NCBI GenBank assembly: GCA_002633005.1
Contig: NMRA01000313.1
Location: 186,001-250,000 of the forward strand
DNA: 64,000 nt
Direction: 5' to 3'
Source: Phoronis australis
Taxonomy: Eukaryota; Animalia; Phoronida
The notes beneath the pieces are model-generated. The model worked only from the letters and a program-made list of their open reading frames with translations, was not told the DNA's origin and did no database searches. The translations under genes were made by a program, and so were the position numbers. This document shows positions 12,301-24,400 of this stretch, in pieces. Each line of letters starts with the position of its first letter. Within the stretch, counting starts at the first letter, position 1.

Positions 12301-15177
12301 ATGCTAGGCAACCATTTCTTCACGTCCTCTGCCGTACCGAGAGTGTGCTAAAACAGAAAACTTCAAGGTATACTTAAATAGAATTTTTTAACGACACAAA
12401 AAATGAACAATTTCTATGACAATAGATACTGCTTATTTTGCCCAAAAAATATGCTATGGGCATACCTGAAAAAATGATGAGATTGTTCCATCCTCAACAG
12501 CTTGTTGTACAGTTTCAGTAGCTATGAAAACATTTTACCATAATTCTTAATGCCATCATAGACAGAGATGAGCTGTCTGCTTCAAGTGAACCACAGCTGA
12601 GCTCCCATCAGGACAAGGCAAGAACAATTGCATGAATTAGTTCATCCGACTGTGGTTGAATTTGATGATTGAACTCACTCATAAAATTCATTTTCAAATG
12701 AATCTCTCAACTGAATTTTGTGACAGCAGCTATCAAATTGACCCTGGGTGGGAATGTCGGTCCATATGTTGCCTTGTCATCACCGACTCGACTTAATTTT
12801 AAATAATAAGTATTTGCACCAAGTGGTAAGCTGATCCCATTTCCCAAGCTGAAAATTTCAAGCAAACCTATGTCGAACAATTTCAATTTAGGGTCGAATT
12901 CTGTCAACAGTGTGATTTTTTGAGTTGAAAATACAGAATCCAGTGGTTGTTATGTCAAGCCCTGAAAATATTTACACAAGAAAAATTACCAGCTTTGGTC
13001 TTGGTGGATTTTTCTTCTGAAATTCTGGAAGAGAACAGTACCAATTAGTCAACTAGAAGGTGAAATCACAGGACCTTATCTCTGTTTTTAGAATTATATA
13101 ACTCGCACATTATTTTTACTTGCCGAGCATAAGCATAAAAGTACCACCATGGAACACTATAATTTCAATTATTTGTGTTATGAATGAGAAAAAAATGCTT
13201 TTCACACATGGTTCGAGATTTTAAAGCATTAAATTTTCCAAACTTGATTCAGAACCATGATTGAAGGTAGATCAAATTGTATAAGAGACAGACTGGAAGC
13301 GCCATCAATTCCATTTCAATGACAGTAGAGGGTGAAAGTCATGCCACTTTTGCACTCTCGACAATGGATGGTCAGGCAGCAGCTGACCCCAGGGTGGCAA
13401 GCAATTGATGACTATCCCACACCGTGGCAAGCGTGTACCTAGCGTGACTTCATCCTCGACTGTCACTGAAATGTGGATCCAGTCTACTTTGGTAGGAGAG
13501 GCGTGTTCTACAAATATCAAGTAGATAAGCTCTTCCGTTTGTAAAAAGCAAACAAATATTTAATTCTGGTAAGCACAATGTTGTAACTATAGTAACAAAT
13601 GAACCACAGAGAAGAAAAAGTTTCATAACGGGAGTATTTGTTCGAGTTGGAAGATATTAAAACACATCGACAACCTCCTAAGGTGTTCCTCTATGCGCAA
13701 AAGGTATTTATAACAACGTGACTTTGATGGTTTAGTCGGTGCGAGGCATAATTCGCCGAAAAGCTTCCAGCGCACAGAGCACCTATAGGAGCTGCATCGC
13801 CTCTGGTTCAGGCCAACAGAGGCGATGGTCATTGCCTACGCTATAGCATAGCCATAGGTCTGCTTGCTTTGCCTTTGGGCGATTGCTAACCCACACTCCT
13901 TTTTTGAATTTGGTATATCAGGCCTCACGCTGTCTGTAATAAGGTCAACAAGAACTGAAGTGCATTTTCTGGCGTATGCAGCTTCATCTAGTAGCTTCAA
14001 AGTCTCTACTGGACAGCTAGAGCCTAGACGGTGCGGTGGTCACTGTCTAGCATAGGCAATGACCATCGCCTCTGTTGGCCCGAACCAGAGGCGATGCAGA
14101 GGCTATAGGCGCTCTGTACGCCGGAAGCTTTTCGGCGAATTATGCCTCGCACCGACTAAACCATCAGAGCCACGCTGTTATAAATACCTTTTGCGCATAG
14201 AGGAACACCTGAGGAGGTTGTCGATGTGTTTAATTCCTTCCAACTCGAACAAATACTCCCATTATCAAACTGTTTCTTCGAGCAGTCCCTATTTCAGTTC
14301 CCAAAATCGTGAACTCACCATTTTTATACTGCGCACGCTCCAATTTTTACCGCGCTCGCTAGGTGATGTGACTTCATGACCTCAATCTTTAAATAGGCCA
14401 AAGGTGAGCCATTGCGGTCTTGTCAGTCAAATGTTCGTTTCCAAAATGCCACCACTTATACTTGTCTTTAATTGGCGTTACTTGAAACTGATTGTATTTC
14501 AATGAATTATTGTTTGTATTTGATAAAAATAAATGCTGTTGATATGACATTTAATAGTCTTTGTGCACATATTTGACATTTTAATGTTTAACAACACGGC
14601 AAATGCACGGCTGGTTCCCGGCAGCACGTACGCGAAGGGCGGGAACTTCAGCTTTCAAAGTTCGCCGGTAGGTCCGCAACTTCTGACCTTCGGCCTGGTT
14701 AAAAAAATGAAAAAGTTGATTTCACGATTTTGGGAACTGAAATAGGGACTGCTCGAAGAAAAAGTTTCATAACGGGAGTATTTGTTCGAGTTGGAAGGAA
14801 TTAAACACATCGACAACCTCCTAAGGTGTTCCTCTATGCGCAAAAGGTATTTATAACAACGTGACTTTGATGGTTTAGTCGGTGCGAGACATAATTCGTC
14901 GAAAAGCTTCCGGCGTACAGAGCGCCTATAGCCTCTGGTCATTGCCTATGAGGCTATGATATATGACCTATGTCTAGCACTGAGACTAACAAATCAGGTG
15001 AATATAGTTTAGTACTTAAGCTAAGTCGGTAAATGTGAATGAGTTAGCGATCTAAAATTCCATTGAACTTGCAAAAAAATTGAAGTTTGGCCACTTAAAT
15101 GTCATTTAACCTTCTTTTTCTTGTCGTAAAATCCAACGGTTTAATCGACCCAGCTGTTTTTCTTCGTTCCGCGCCAT
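9398..15177 (-). CDS. Isy1-family (pre-mRNA splicing factor ISY1-like) divergent paralog, 251 aa
   Basis: Exons 15111-15177 (MARNEEKQLGRLNRWILRQEKE), 12990-13024 (EFQKKNPPRPKL), 12273-12347 (HTLGTAEDVKKWLPSIVRDIDINLK) and 9398-9976 (QSQVVCYTPEKIELYRNEVRRLQREYSAFLKKFKSL...PWTERSY...LGLDYDSSDSDE). All GT-AG, 756 bp in total, with AATAAA at 9377-9382. The MARN.EK start and RP...KW spacing match Isy1. From memory it resembles the uncharacterised fish si:dkey-86e18.1 type more than canonical ISY1. Confidence 0.85.
13611..13838. mobile_element. Solo right arm of the long-TIR MITE family
   Basis: Near-identical to about 16687-16913 and ends in ggtcattgccta. Confidence 0.85.
14053..14970. mobile_element. 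Long-TIR MITE copy A (Mutator-like by 9-bp TSD), in intron 1 of the Isy1-like gene
   Basis: About 260-bp TIRs starting taggcaatgacc and ending ggtcattgccta (14948), then 22 nt ending in gaccta. TSD tgtctagca at 14044-14052 and 14971-14979. No transposase ORF. Confidence 0.85.
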
Positions 15178-15468
15178 TTTGGAGTTAGGTTTTGACAAAG
15201 CAGTTCACTTTAGTAGCGTAATATTTTAGAAGCGTTTTTTGTAAGTTTTTTAATTTTAACTGGATGGCCATGTGATATTAATTTAATAAATATTGCTAAA
15301 AGCAAAAAACACATTGCAATTAATACTTCATAATGCAATTAATACTTCATATAGCTTTACTCTGTTTTCAACAAGTTCGAAAGTATTTTTCAGACGTTTA
15401 CACAAAGTTCACAAATGGGAACATGTCTTTTACTTTGAACACAAAGCTAAAAGATACGCACAGATGAT
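15178..15468. promoter_or_regulatory. Bidirectional promoter region between the Isy1-like gene and GTF2F1
   Basis: Divergent start codons are about 290 bp apart. A YY1-type AAAATGGCG overlaps the Isy1-like ATG. There is a 19-bp tandem duplication (tgcaattaatacttcata) at about 15315-15351. Confidence 0.75.
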
Positions 15469-18400
15469 ATGGCTTCCAGTCAGGTGAGAGCCCGAAAGGG
15501 AAAGCATATGGTATTCGGTAAATTGTATATTAACCTAGTATGCTAGATTCTGTTTCTCGGCAACGACACAGCGGAATGAATTAGAGAGCGAAGTCTACTT
15601 GTGGATCCCACATAATTCATATCTCCTAATGATCGCACATGGATTATATAGTATGCCTCATTCAATTTGTCACTATCCGGTCTTTACTCTTATGCTCAAA
15701 TTATTTAGATTCAGTATTTCACTTTCCAAAAATTGCTAGTGCTAGGTCATATAGATTAATTACATGTACATACACACCACCCCTCATTCATTGTCATCAA
15801 TTTCGGTTCTGACACCAAACTTCCAAACTCCAAAGCATTAAAAAATCCATAAACCACTGACAGTGATTTGGAAACTTACAGTAGCTTCAGTTTGGCACAG
15901 GCGTCAGTTTGGCTAACCAAACCACGCCAAATTGAAGTGCGCCAAATCAAGTTTGTCACACTTACTTCAGTTTGGATTGCAATAGTGCCACCGTACTTGA
16001 CTGGGCTCCGTATAGGCAATGACCATCGCCTCTGTTGGCCCAAAGCAGAGGCGATGGAGAGGCTATAGGCGCTCTGTACGCCAGAAGCTTTTCGGCGAAT
16101 TATGCCTCGCACCGACTAAACCATCAAAGTCACGTTGTTATAAATACCTATTGCGCATAGAGGAACACCTTAGGAGGTTGTCGATGTGATTAATTCCTTC
16201 CAACTCGAACAAATACTCCCGTTATGAAACTTTTTCTTCGAGCAGTCCCTGTTTCAGTTCCCAAAGTCGTGAACTCACCATTTTTATACTGCGCACGCTC
16301 CAATTCATGACCTCAATCTTTAAATAGGCCAAAGGTGAGCCATTGCGGTCTTGTCAGTCAAATGTTCCTTTCCAAAATGCCACCACTTATACTTGTCTTT
16401 AATTGGCGTTACTTGAAACTGATTGTATTTCAATGAATCATTGTTTGTATTTGATAAAAATAAATGCTGTTGATATGACATTTAATAGTCTTTGTGCACA
16501 TATTTGACATTTTAATGTTTAACAACACGGCAAATGCACGGCTGGTTCCCGGCAGCACGTACGCGAAGGGCGGGAACTTCAGCTTTCAAAGTTCGCCGGT
16601 AGGTCCGCAACTTCTGACCTTCGGCCTGGTTAAAAAAAATGAAAAAGTTGATTTCACGATTTTGGGAACTGAAATAGGGACTGCTCGAAGAAAAAGTTTC
16701 ATAACGGGAGTATTTGTTCGAGTTGGAAGGAATTAAACACATCGAAAACCTCATAAGGTGTTCCTCTATGCGCAAAAGGTATTTGTAACAACGTGACTTT
16801 GATGGTTTAGTCGGTGCGAGGCATAATTCGCCGAAAAGCTTCCGGCGTACAGAGCGCCTATAGCCTCTACATCGCCTCTGGTTCGGGCCAACAGAGGCGA
16901 TGGTCATTGCCTAGGCTCCGTAGTGATGGTGATACTCCTGTAGGCGCTTCATTCTCTGGAAACTTTTCAGAGAATTATGCCTCACCCTGATTAAAACATC
17001 AAAGTCACATTCTTAGTATATTTTGCGCATACAGGGATCGACACCTTAGGAGGCAGTCGATGTCTCTAATTCCTACCAAATCCAACAAATACTCCCGTAA
17101 TCTAACTCTTTTTTCAAGCAGTCCTTTGTTCAGTTGCCCAAATATGCAACTGGCTTCTTTAAAAATGTGCTTGCTTTGTTTTTACACTGCCAATTTAGGC
17201 ACTTCTCGAAAAAAAGTTGGAATACGGGATTATTAGTTTGAGATGAAAGGAATAAAGACTTTGACAGCCTTCTGTGGTGTCCCCCTCTAATCTCTATGTG
17301 CAAAAGCTACTTATAGCCACGTGACTTTGATGTTTTAATCAATGTGAGGCATAATTCGCCAAAATGCTTCCGGCGTATGAAGCACTTATGAGAGCATCAT
17401 CGTTTCTACTGGGGCCAGTCGAGACGGTGTCACTGTCTACTCACTGGCAAGTGATAGAAACTGGCTTTTTATACTGTACTAGGGTGCGTCTTTAAAATAG
17501 ATCTGGTATCCAGTTTTCAGTGAATAGCGGTAATAGCCGTTATTCAACTTTTGTCCTGTACTTGTCTAGTCGTCGTGTAGTGTATGTCGCGCCCAGAACC
17601 AAAAATGTGCAACACTCCTCTTTGTGGAACAACCTGCCGACAACGAGACTTGAACCAGGGTTCACGTGTGATAGCCAAGCATCCAAACCATTCTGCCAAA
17701 GAGACAATTGCCAGTTGACAAATGATATAGAGCTCTAGGCTTTATATGGTCGTACATCAAACCCGGAAGTCTTGTCACAGCATCTTGATCATGGGTGCAA
17801 GGGGTGTCTTGCTTTTGGGGGGCAATCCTGCTTTTTTGGGAGGGGCGGGGTTGGAGCAGTTACTAATAGTAATTGAAAACATAACTGATTCGTCAGCCCA
17901 GCTATTTTGCTACCAACACCCTCATATAAGGTTGAGATCACAACGTTTTTGGTTAATTGACTTATAATTTACATATTGGAGGCAAAAAAACTTCAAGGGA
18001 GATGACTTTTTTGACAGCGTTTTTATGGCCCTATCTGTTATTCACTGGCAAGTGTTTCCATACAATGCTTTATTTTGTAAATTGGTTTCAAACATATAGT
18101 GTCATGACGGATGTCTTCAACAATTTTGTGAACATCTAAGTCCGAGTGTCCAACATTTGAGAAACATGATGAATACCAAAATCATGCATGTCCTAATTTT
18201 CAGAAACAGGAAAATTCAATTTCGGCTTAAATTCTGGTGTATTCAAATTCTAGAGACTTCCACATCTGGAAAATTTTCCCATTCTCTCTTTGTGTGTCCT
18301 TGCTGCAAGAACAGTGTGAGCCCACCTTCAGTTGTGGGGTCTTTTTCCTTGTAATGAACATCTAGGCAATAACTGTCTGATTGCACTACCAACTGCTCTG

Positions 18401-21400
18401 GGAGCATTGCATTCCTTAGCCTCGTTCCAGCCTCTGATGTGCTATCACCTTTCATGCAAGCTGAATACTCAGTCAATTTTCTGACTTTATTGACTTCCTT
18501 ATTTGGAAAGTCACATGAGTTGATAACACAGACAAGATCACAAATGTGTTGGCATTACGCAGTGGACATGGTCATAGAATTAAAGGTTTATTGGAGAATT
18601 ATTGTGACGGGTGCACCAATCTATGTCCTCTTAACTGTTGGGAGGACCAGCCTTCATTGCTATTGTTACTTGATATCATTTCTCTGACCAATCGTGAAAC
18701 AGGATAGATTAGAGCCTTCTTTGCCACGGTACCACAGTAACGCTCCCTTTCGTAACTCTTTTGCAGCCTGGAAGTAGTGCTGGTGCGAGTTCATCTTCAG
18801 CATCGCAGGAGTTTGTTGTCAGAATACCCAAGTACGTGTTTATCAGATCAGTATCGTTTACACAAACGATACTGTTTGTTTGTTAGCGAGCTTGATACTG
18901 ATGCGTTCGTATCAAGCTCGCTAACAAAAAGTCTAGTCGTATCTTCTACAAAGTTTATCAGATCATGAGTATTTGTACTTGAGATCATGTGCCTTCTAAA
19001 GATGTTTTCTAAAAAGTGTTTAATGGTAAAAAAAAATAAGTTTGAAATACCATATAGTTGGAGAATATAGTTAGAGAATATAGAGAATGTAGACCACTTA
19101 GTTGGAGAATGTGATGCTATAGGGCTGATGTTGTGGTTAGGTTGGAAAAAAGCAAGATGGACTCTGATAGGTTTAGAATTAGAATTGTTGTTCTTGTCTG
19201 TGTCTGAATCTTGCCATTAATGAATTTATCTTGTAATTTTTTCCTTAGGAATGTTTCCAAAAGGTATAGCATCATGCGATTCAATGGTGCCAACAAAATT
19301 GACTTTTCCAAGTTTCAGCAGGTAAGGACTGTAAAGCAGTGTTTTTGCAGAGTCAAAAGCCATGTTCCATGCACATAAAGTGTTCCAATCGTCTGCATTT
19401 ATTGCACATGTGTATTCTCATTTAATTGTAGTCCATAGCTCTTGGCGCTTTGAAAAGCGCAAGGTTGTCATTTGTGACCTGGTCCCATTTGTAGAATTGC
19501 AGTCACACAATTTCCAACTCACACATGAGTTTGAATTCCCAGGTGGCACACAGTCATTTGACTAATGCAAGTTGGCCAAAAAATTGCATTTCGCAAATGC
19601 CAGCAGCTGCAAGTTGCTCACGTGTTTGTACATTTGGTAAAAAAATTGAATTTACTCTGGAATAGTTAAGAAATAATATTTTATTACTTGGGCAAAATAT
19701 CTGCTCATAGGTATAAAACCTAAATTCTGACATGTGGTAAATAAGCCAAACTTGCCCTTTCCATGCAATGTCACCACCCTAACTTAATTAAGGGTTTATG
19801 TTTATTCTCCATTGGCTATATATCCGATGTTTAGTCTACACAGTGCTTCAATATGTGTAAAGTGTACTTGTTTTTGTGCCACTGGATTTTGCATACTGCC
19901 TGTACTACTGTTTATGTTTTCACGTAAATTTGATTATGTGCACCCTTTGACTACGGCAATTCTTGACCACTTATTTAGCACACAATATGTGGCCAAGTGA
20001 AATTCTATTTTGTCAAATTTCTTCACAGAAAATAACTGTTTTGTCAACTGCTAGCATTGTTTGCAGTGTGTAGTTGTCAAAAAAACAACATTTGAGTACA
20101 TCACCGTTGTTGTCCTTGGTCAATATTCATACCTTGCAGCCAAGAAGAGTATGGATGCTCCTATTGTCCAAAGTATTGCTTCACTCTTTTTCTCAGGCAA
20201 AAATTGCGAGGGAAAATAACTTAAAGGAGTACAAAAGTGCCCACGATATCGAAGACTTGCCAAAGTTTGGAGCTGGCAGTGAGTTTGGCAAGGAACAGAG
20301 GGATGAAGCCCGACGAAAAAAATACGGACTGGCCAAAAGGGTTTATAATGCCGAGGACCAGCCATGGTTGCTCAAGCTTGGCTCAGGGAAACAGGCAAAA
20401 AAGTATGATCTCACGTACATCTCCAGGCCACATGCCTTGCATAGGAATTGTTGATTTTTATTGACACAGAGGTCTTTAATCTAAATTATATTAAGATGAT
20501 TTCTGAATAAGTGAATATTCATTTCTGTCAGTCTAATCTACAAACATTTAGTTTCGTTGTTTCGTTGTTCAGCCTCATGTACGTAGTTAATTTCATGTGG
20601 TGCACTGATGTAATGACAGACCAGATGAATGACATAGATACCTCTGTTTAGAAACTTTAAAAAATTGAACTGAAAATATATATTCTCACAAGGCCTTCAC
20701 GTAAATAAGTGACAACTCTCAATTGATGAAACTAATTCTGTGATCTAATCCAGTGAAAACAGGAATGTATCGTCTAGCTATAATCTACTATCTTGCAGAT
20801 TCAAGGGGACAAGGGAGGGTGGAATATCGGAGAATGCGTCCTACTACATCTTTACACAGTGTCCCGATGGTGCATTTGAGGCGTTGCCCGTCTCAGAATG
20901 GCATAATTTCATGCCTCTAATCAACTACAAGTATCTCAGTGCTGAAGAGGCCGAGGAAGAATTTACCAAGTAGGTCCTGTGTGGTACTATGGTATGCAAC
21001 TTGATAACAGAATGGATGAGTACAGTTTGGTTGTACAACAAAGTCATGTCTGAGGTTATGATGGTGGAAATGCATGATGGGATTCTTTATGCTTGTCTGT
21101 TGCAAAAGTTTCTAGTTGCATTTATCTCTGCTTGCTTACAGTGGGTAAACGATCAGACAAAAAAAATTCCCTGTGTTCACCTAAAACTTCACCATTTGGG
21201 CAACATTGTGCATCTGTTTTTATTGCTTAGTTTATTGACATGTATTGTTCATGTGGCTTGAAGGTTACTCTTAGAGGAGAAGGATCAAGGTTAAACATTT
21301 TTTAATTATGATTTGAGAAGTCGCTTAAGTTATAGACAAACCTCCTCAAACCAATGCAACGGCTCACCACCAACATATAAATAGACAACCTAGAAGATTC

Positions 21401-24400
21401 GCATCATATGACGTCATAAACAGACAGCAACTTCGATTATTGTTTGCCTATGGCTGTTAGAGCATTAGTCACTACAATCCAGGGTTCACTTCAGCGTAAT
21501 GTGTGTCTCATGTCAGCAGTTTGTCCAATATTAGGGTATTGAGGTGAGCGTGGAGTTGGTGGTATGCACTTTTGATCGCAATGCAGGTTTTTTATTGTGC
21601 TTATACAATTATAAAGCATGGAAAAGTCCAAGTCTATGCGTTTAAAGACTATTTTGTTCACATGTTACAAATTTGCCTCCTAAGTTGTCAACGCTTTCTT
21701 CCTTAATGCAATCTCGTGTGTTTTAGACGCGACAAGACAATGAACTACTTCTCACTTATGTTGAAAAAGAGACTCCGCAATGAAGACGATGGTGGCGAGA
21801 CAGAAAAAGAAAAGGTCACGACTACCAAGAAAAAATCGAAAGATTTTGTACGTGCTCTTTTCTTTTTGATTTTAGTGGTTTCGTGGAGGCTTAGCTATAC
21901 CTTTGAACTCATTTTGTTTTCTCAGCATTTTTAGTATCGACTGGAGCTTTTGATGCACGAGAGTGATGTTGTCAGTCTCACCCACTTCAATAGTAGCAAC
22001 CCGTTTTCAATTCGTTGGACATTCCTTTGCTGTTCGCTTTATTGTTGACATTCAATTCATTATTGAACGCTAATTCTACTTAAAAAGTACTATAAGCTTA
22101 ACATAAGAAGTACAAATTTAAAGCTCCAAAGCATATGAGGACACCTTTCTTCACTCTGGGGCACAAGTGTGGTTCCAAAACCGCATGTCCATTGTCATGT
22201 GACAAAATTTGGTCTGACATCCGAAATTGCTTTTTGGCAGATTACATGTGAAAAGGCCGTCTTGTTGGTCTGATCTGAAGCAATTGTAAATGGGTTGTCA
22301 GTTCTTCCCTGGTTTGTGAAACAATTGCTATGAATATTTAGTAACAAGCTGTAACTAATTAAACTGTAGTGTTTTATTTGGTCAAGTTCAGCATTGTTAG
22401 CAGTGAACCATTGTGCATTGAGAATCTAATCTTTTCAAAAGGTAACAAATTGATATTGACCAAACTTTAAAGCCAGAGCTCCAGTCTCCACATTCAAATT
22501 GAACTCCAGTTTTGTGTTTGATAGCCTGCTCTGAGTTTGAACTCAAAGACATGAAAAATGTCCTTTATTTTGTCTGTAGCAGGTTATAATCAATATAAAA
22601 TATAAGATTGCTTGTGTTGACCACTACACTCAAGGTACAAATTTGCCTGTAAATACTTCTGAATTTAGGCTCTTTGGTGCAAACAAATCTGTTACACATA
22701 GGAGAGCGTAAATGGCCGTGTCCTCAAGTGCAAAACAAATTCCATTCAATGAGTTCCTACCCAGATGTTACAGAAAATGTCAAAACTGACTTGAGTTTGA
22801 TTTCGAATTTGGAGACTGGATTTGGTCTACAGATCTCGACATTCTAATCAGTGTTTCTGTGACTCATGAATTTGTGTTAGATGTTGACGGAAATGGAGGA
22901 CTGGGGTGACATGTCAGACGACAGTGAAAAAGAAGCTGGAGAGGAGGACAATGGTGAGGAGGCGAAGACGAAGAAGCAAAAGAAGAACTTTGATTCCGAT
23001 GACGAGGCCGTAGAGGAAAGTGATGAGGGAGACTTTGACGACAAGGAAGTTGATTATATGTCGGACACGTCAAAAAGGTGAGTCATATGATATAGTGAAA
23101 ACATTTTAATGACTTTGTTGGTTCTGCTAGTTCAACAGGAAAAGACATCTTATTGGTTCTTAATGACAGCTTCTGGCTATAAGACCAGTCAGATGTCTTA
23201 GCTGTTTTTCTCAGTGGAGACGGTGAAGGCGATCAAGGGCATCTCATTTGTCTTACATGGCTTAAACTTCACCCATAAGGCAGCCAGGGTTCACATTCAA
23301 AATGTTCTGTGCTAATGAGTGAGAGGTCAGTAGGTTTGTTTTTGTTTTTAGTGAACATCCAACTGCAGAAAGGAGATGTTTTCAAACTGAATGTTTTCTG
23401 AATAGTGAAGAACACAGTGCTCACTCAGTGAACTTTCAGCTGCAGGAACAAGTTGTTCGTAGATTAACATTCAGCAACAGAAACAAGATGTTCACAAGTG
23501 AGCATTTAGAGGCTCACTGGTGAAATCATTCAGCTACAAAAATTACACAATTTTCATTGTCCTGAATGTCAAGCTAAAGGAATGAGATGTTCACACGAGA
23601 ACACTCATTACGCTTCAGGGATGAGATATTCACAAGAATGTTCATGTCACTGTCCTGTAAATATACTATCAACTACAGGAACAAGATGTTCACTCGTGGG
23701 CATTGAGCTGCAAGATATTGGAACAAGATCTTCTAAATGTTGTTATTCTCTTGTAGTGATACTGATGATGAGGAGAGAGAAGGGAAGGACAAGTATGGTG
23801 AGAAGGGTGTAGAGGACGAAGATGGACTGAGGACATTGAATGAATCTGATGATGAAGAGGAGGTAGAGAAGCCGAAGGAGACAGAGGGCGAGGAAGAGCG
23901 AGAGAAGACCAATAAACAGGGTAAGCAAGGGGTGGTGACAGTGAGCTGGGGAGGAGCCAGTGAGCTGGGGAGGGGCCAGTGAGCTTGAGAGAGGCCAATG
24001 AACTGAAGTTTTACAAAATGGTATTCCATTATGACAAAAGTGCTAAATTTAACTATGGCATGTAGCACATCCAAGTTTGGCAGAGTTTTGTCGAAGTCTA
24101 AATTTACTTTTAAAACTACTGTAAGGGCCAGCAAACCCTTAAATGTCATTACACATACTTTTAAGTGATGTCATCTTCTCCATCTGACAATTGCTGTAAA
24201 ATGTCTAGTGTGTTTCCTGCACTACTTGTGTCATGCAGTTTTAGAGTCAGTGAACATTGTCTTTCCGTTCAGGATCTGAACATGATAACAGTAGCAGCAG
24301 CAGCTCGGAAAGTGACTCGGATGATCCGGAGTCCGGCAATGTTACTTCAGCGTTATTTATGCAGGTACGTATTGAATCAAGGCTGTCGACTTTGTGTCTT

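Noticed and set aside
13623-16907. Recurrent MTIASVG... ORFs
   Set aside because: Translations of MITE TIRs on both strands; no transposase motifs.
18243-18560. Antisense ORF in GTF2F1 intron 1 as a transposase fragment
   Set aside because: No convincing catalytic or zinc-finger motif.
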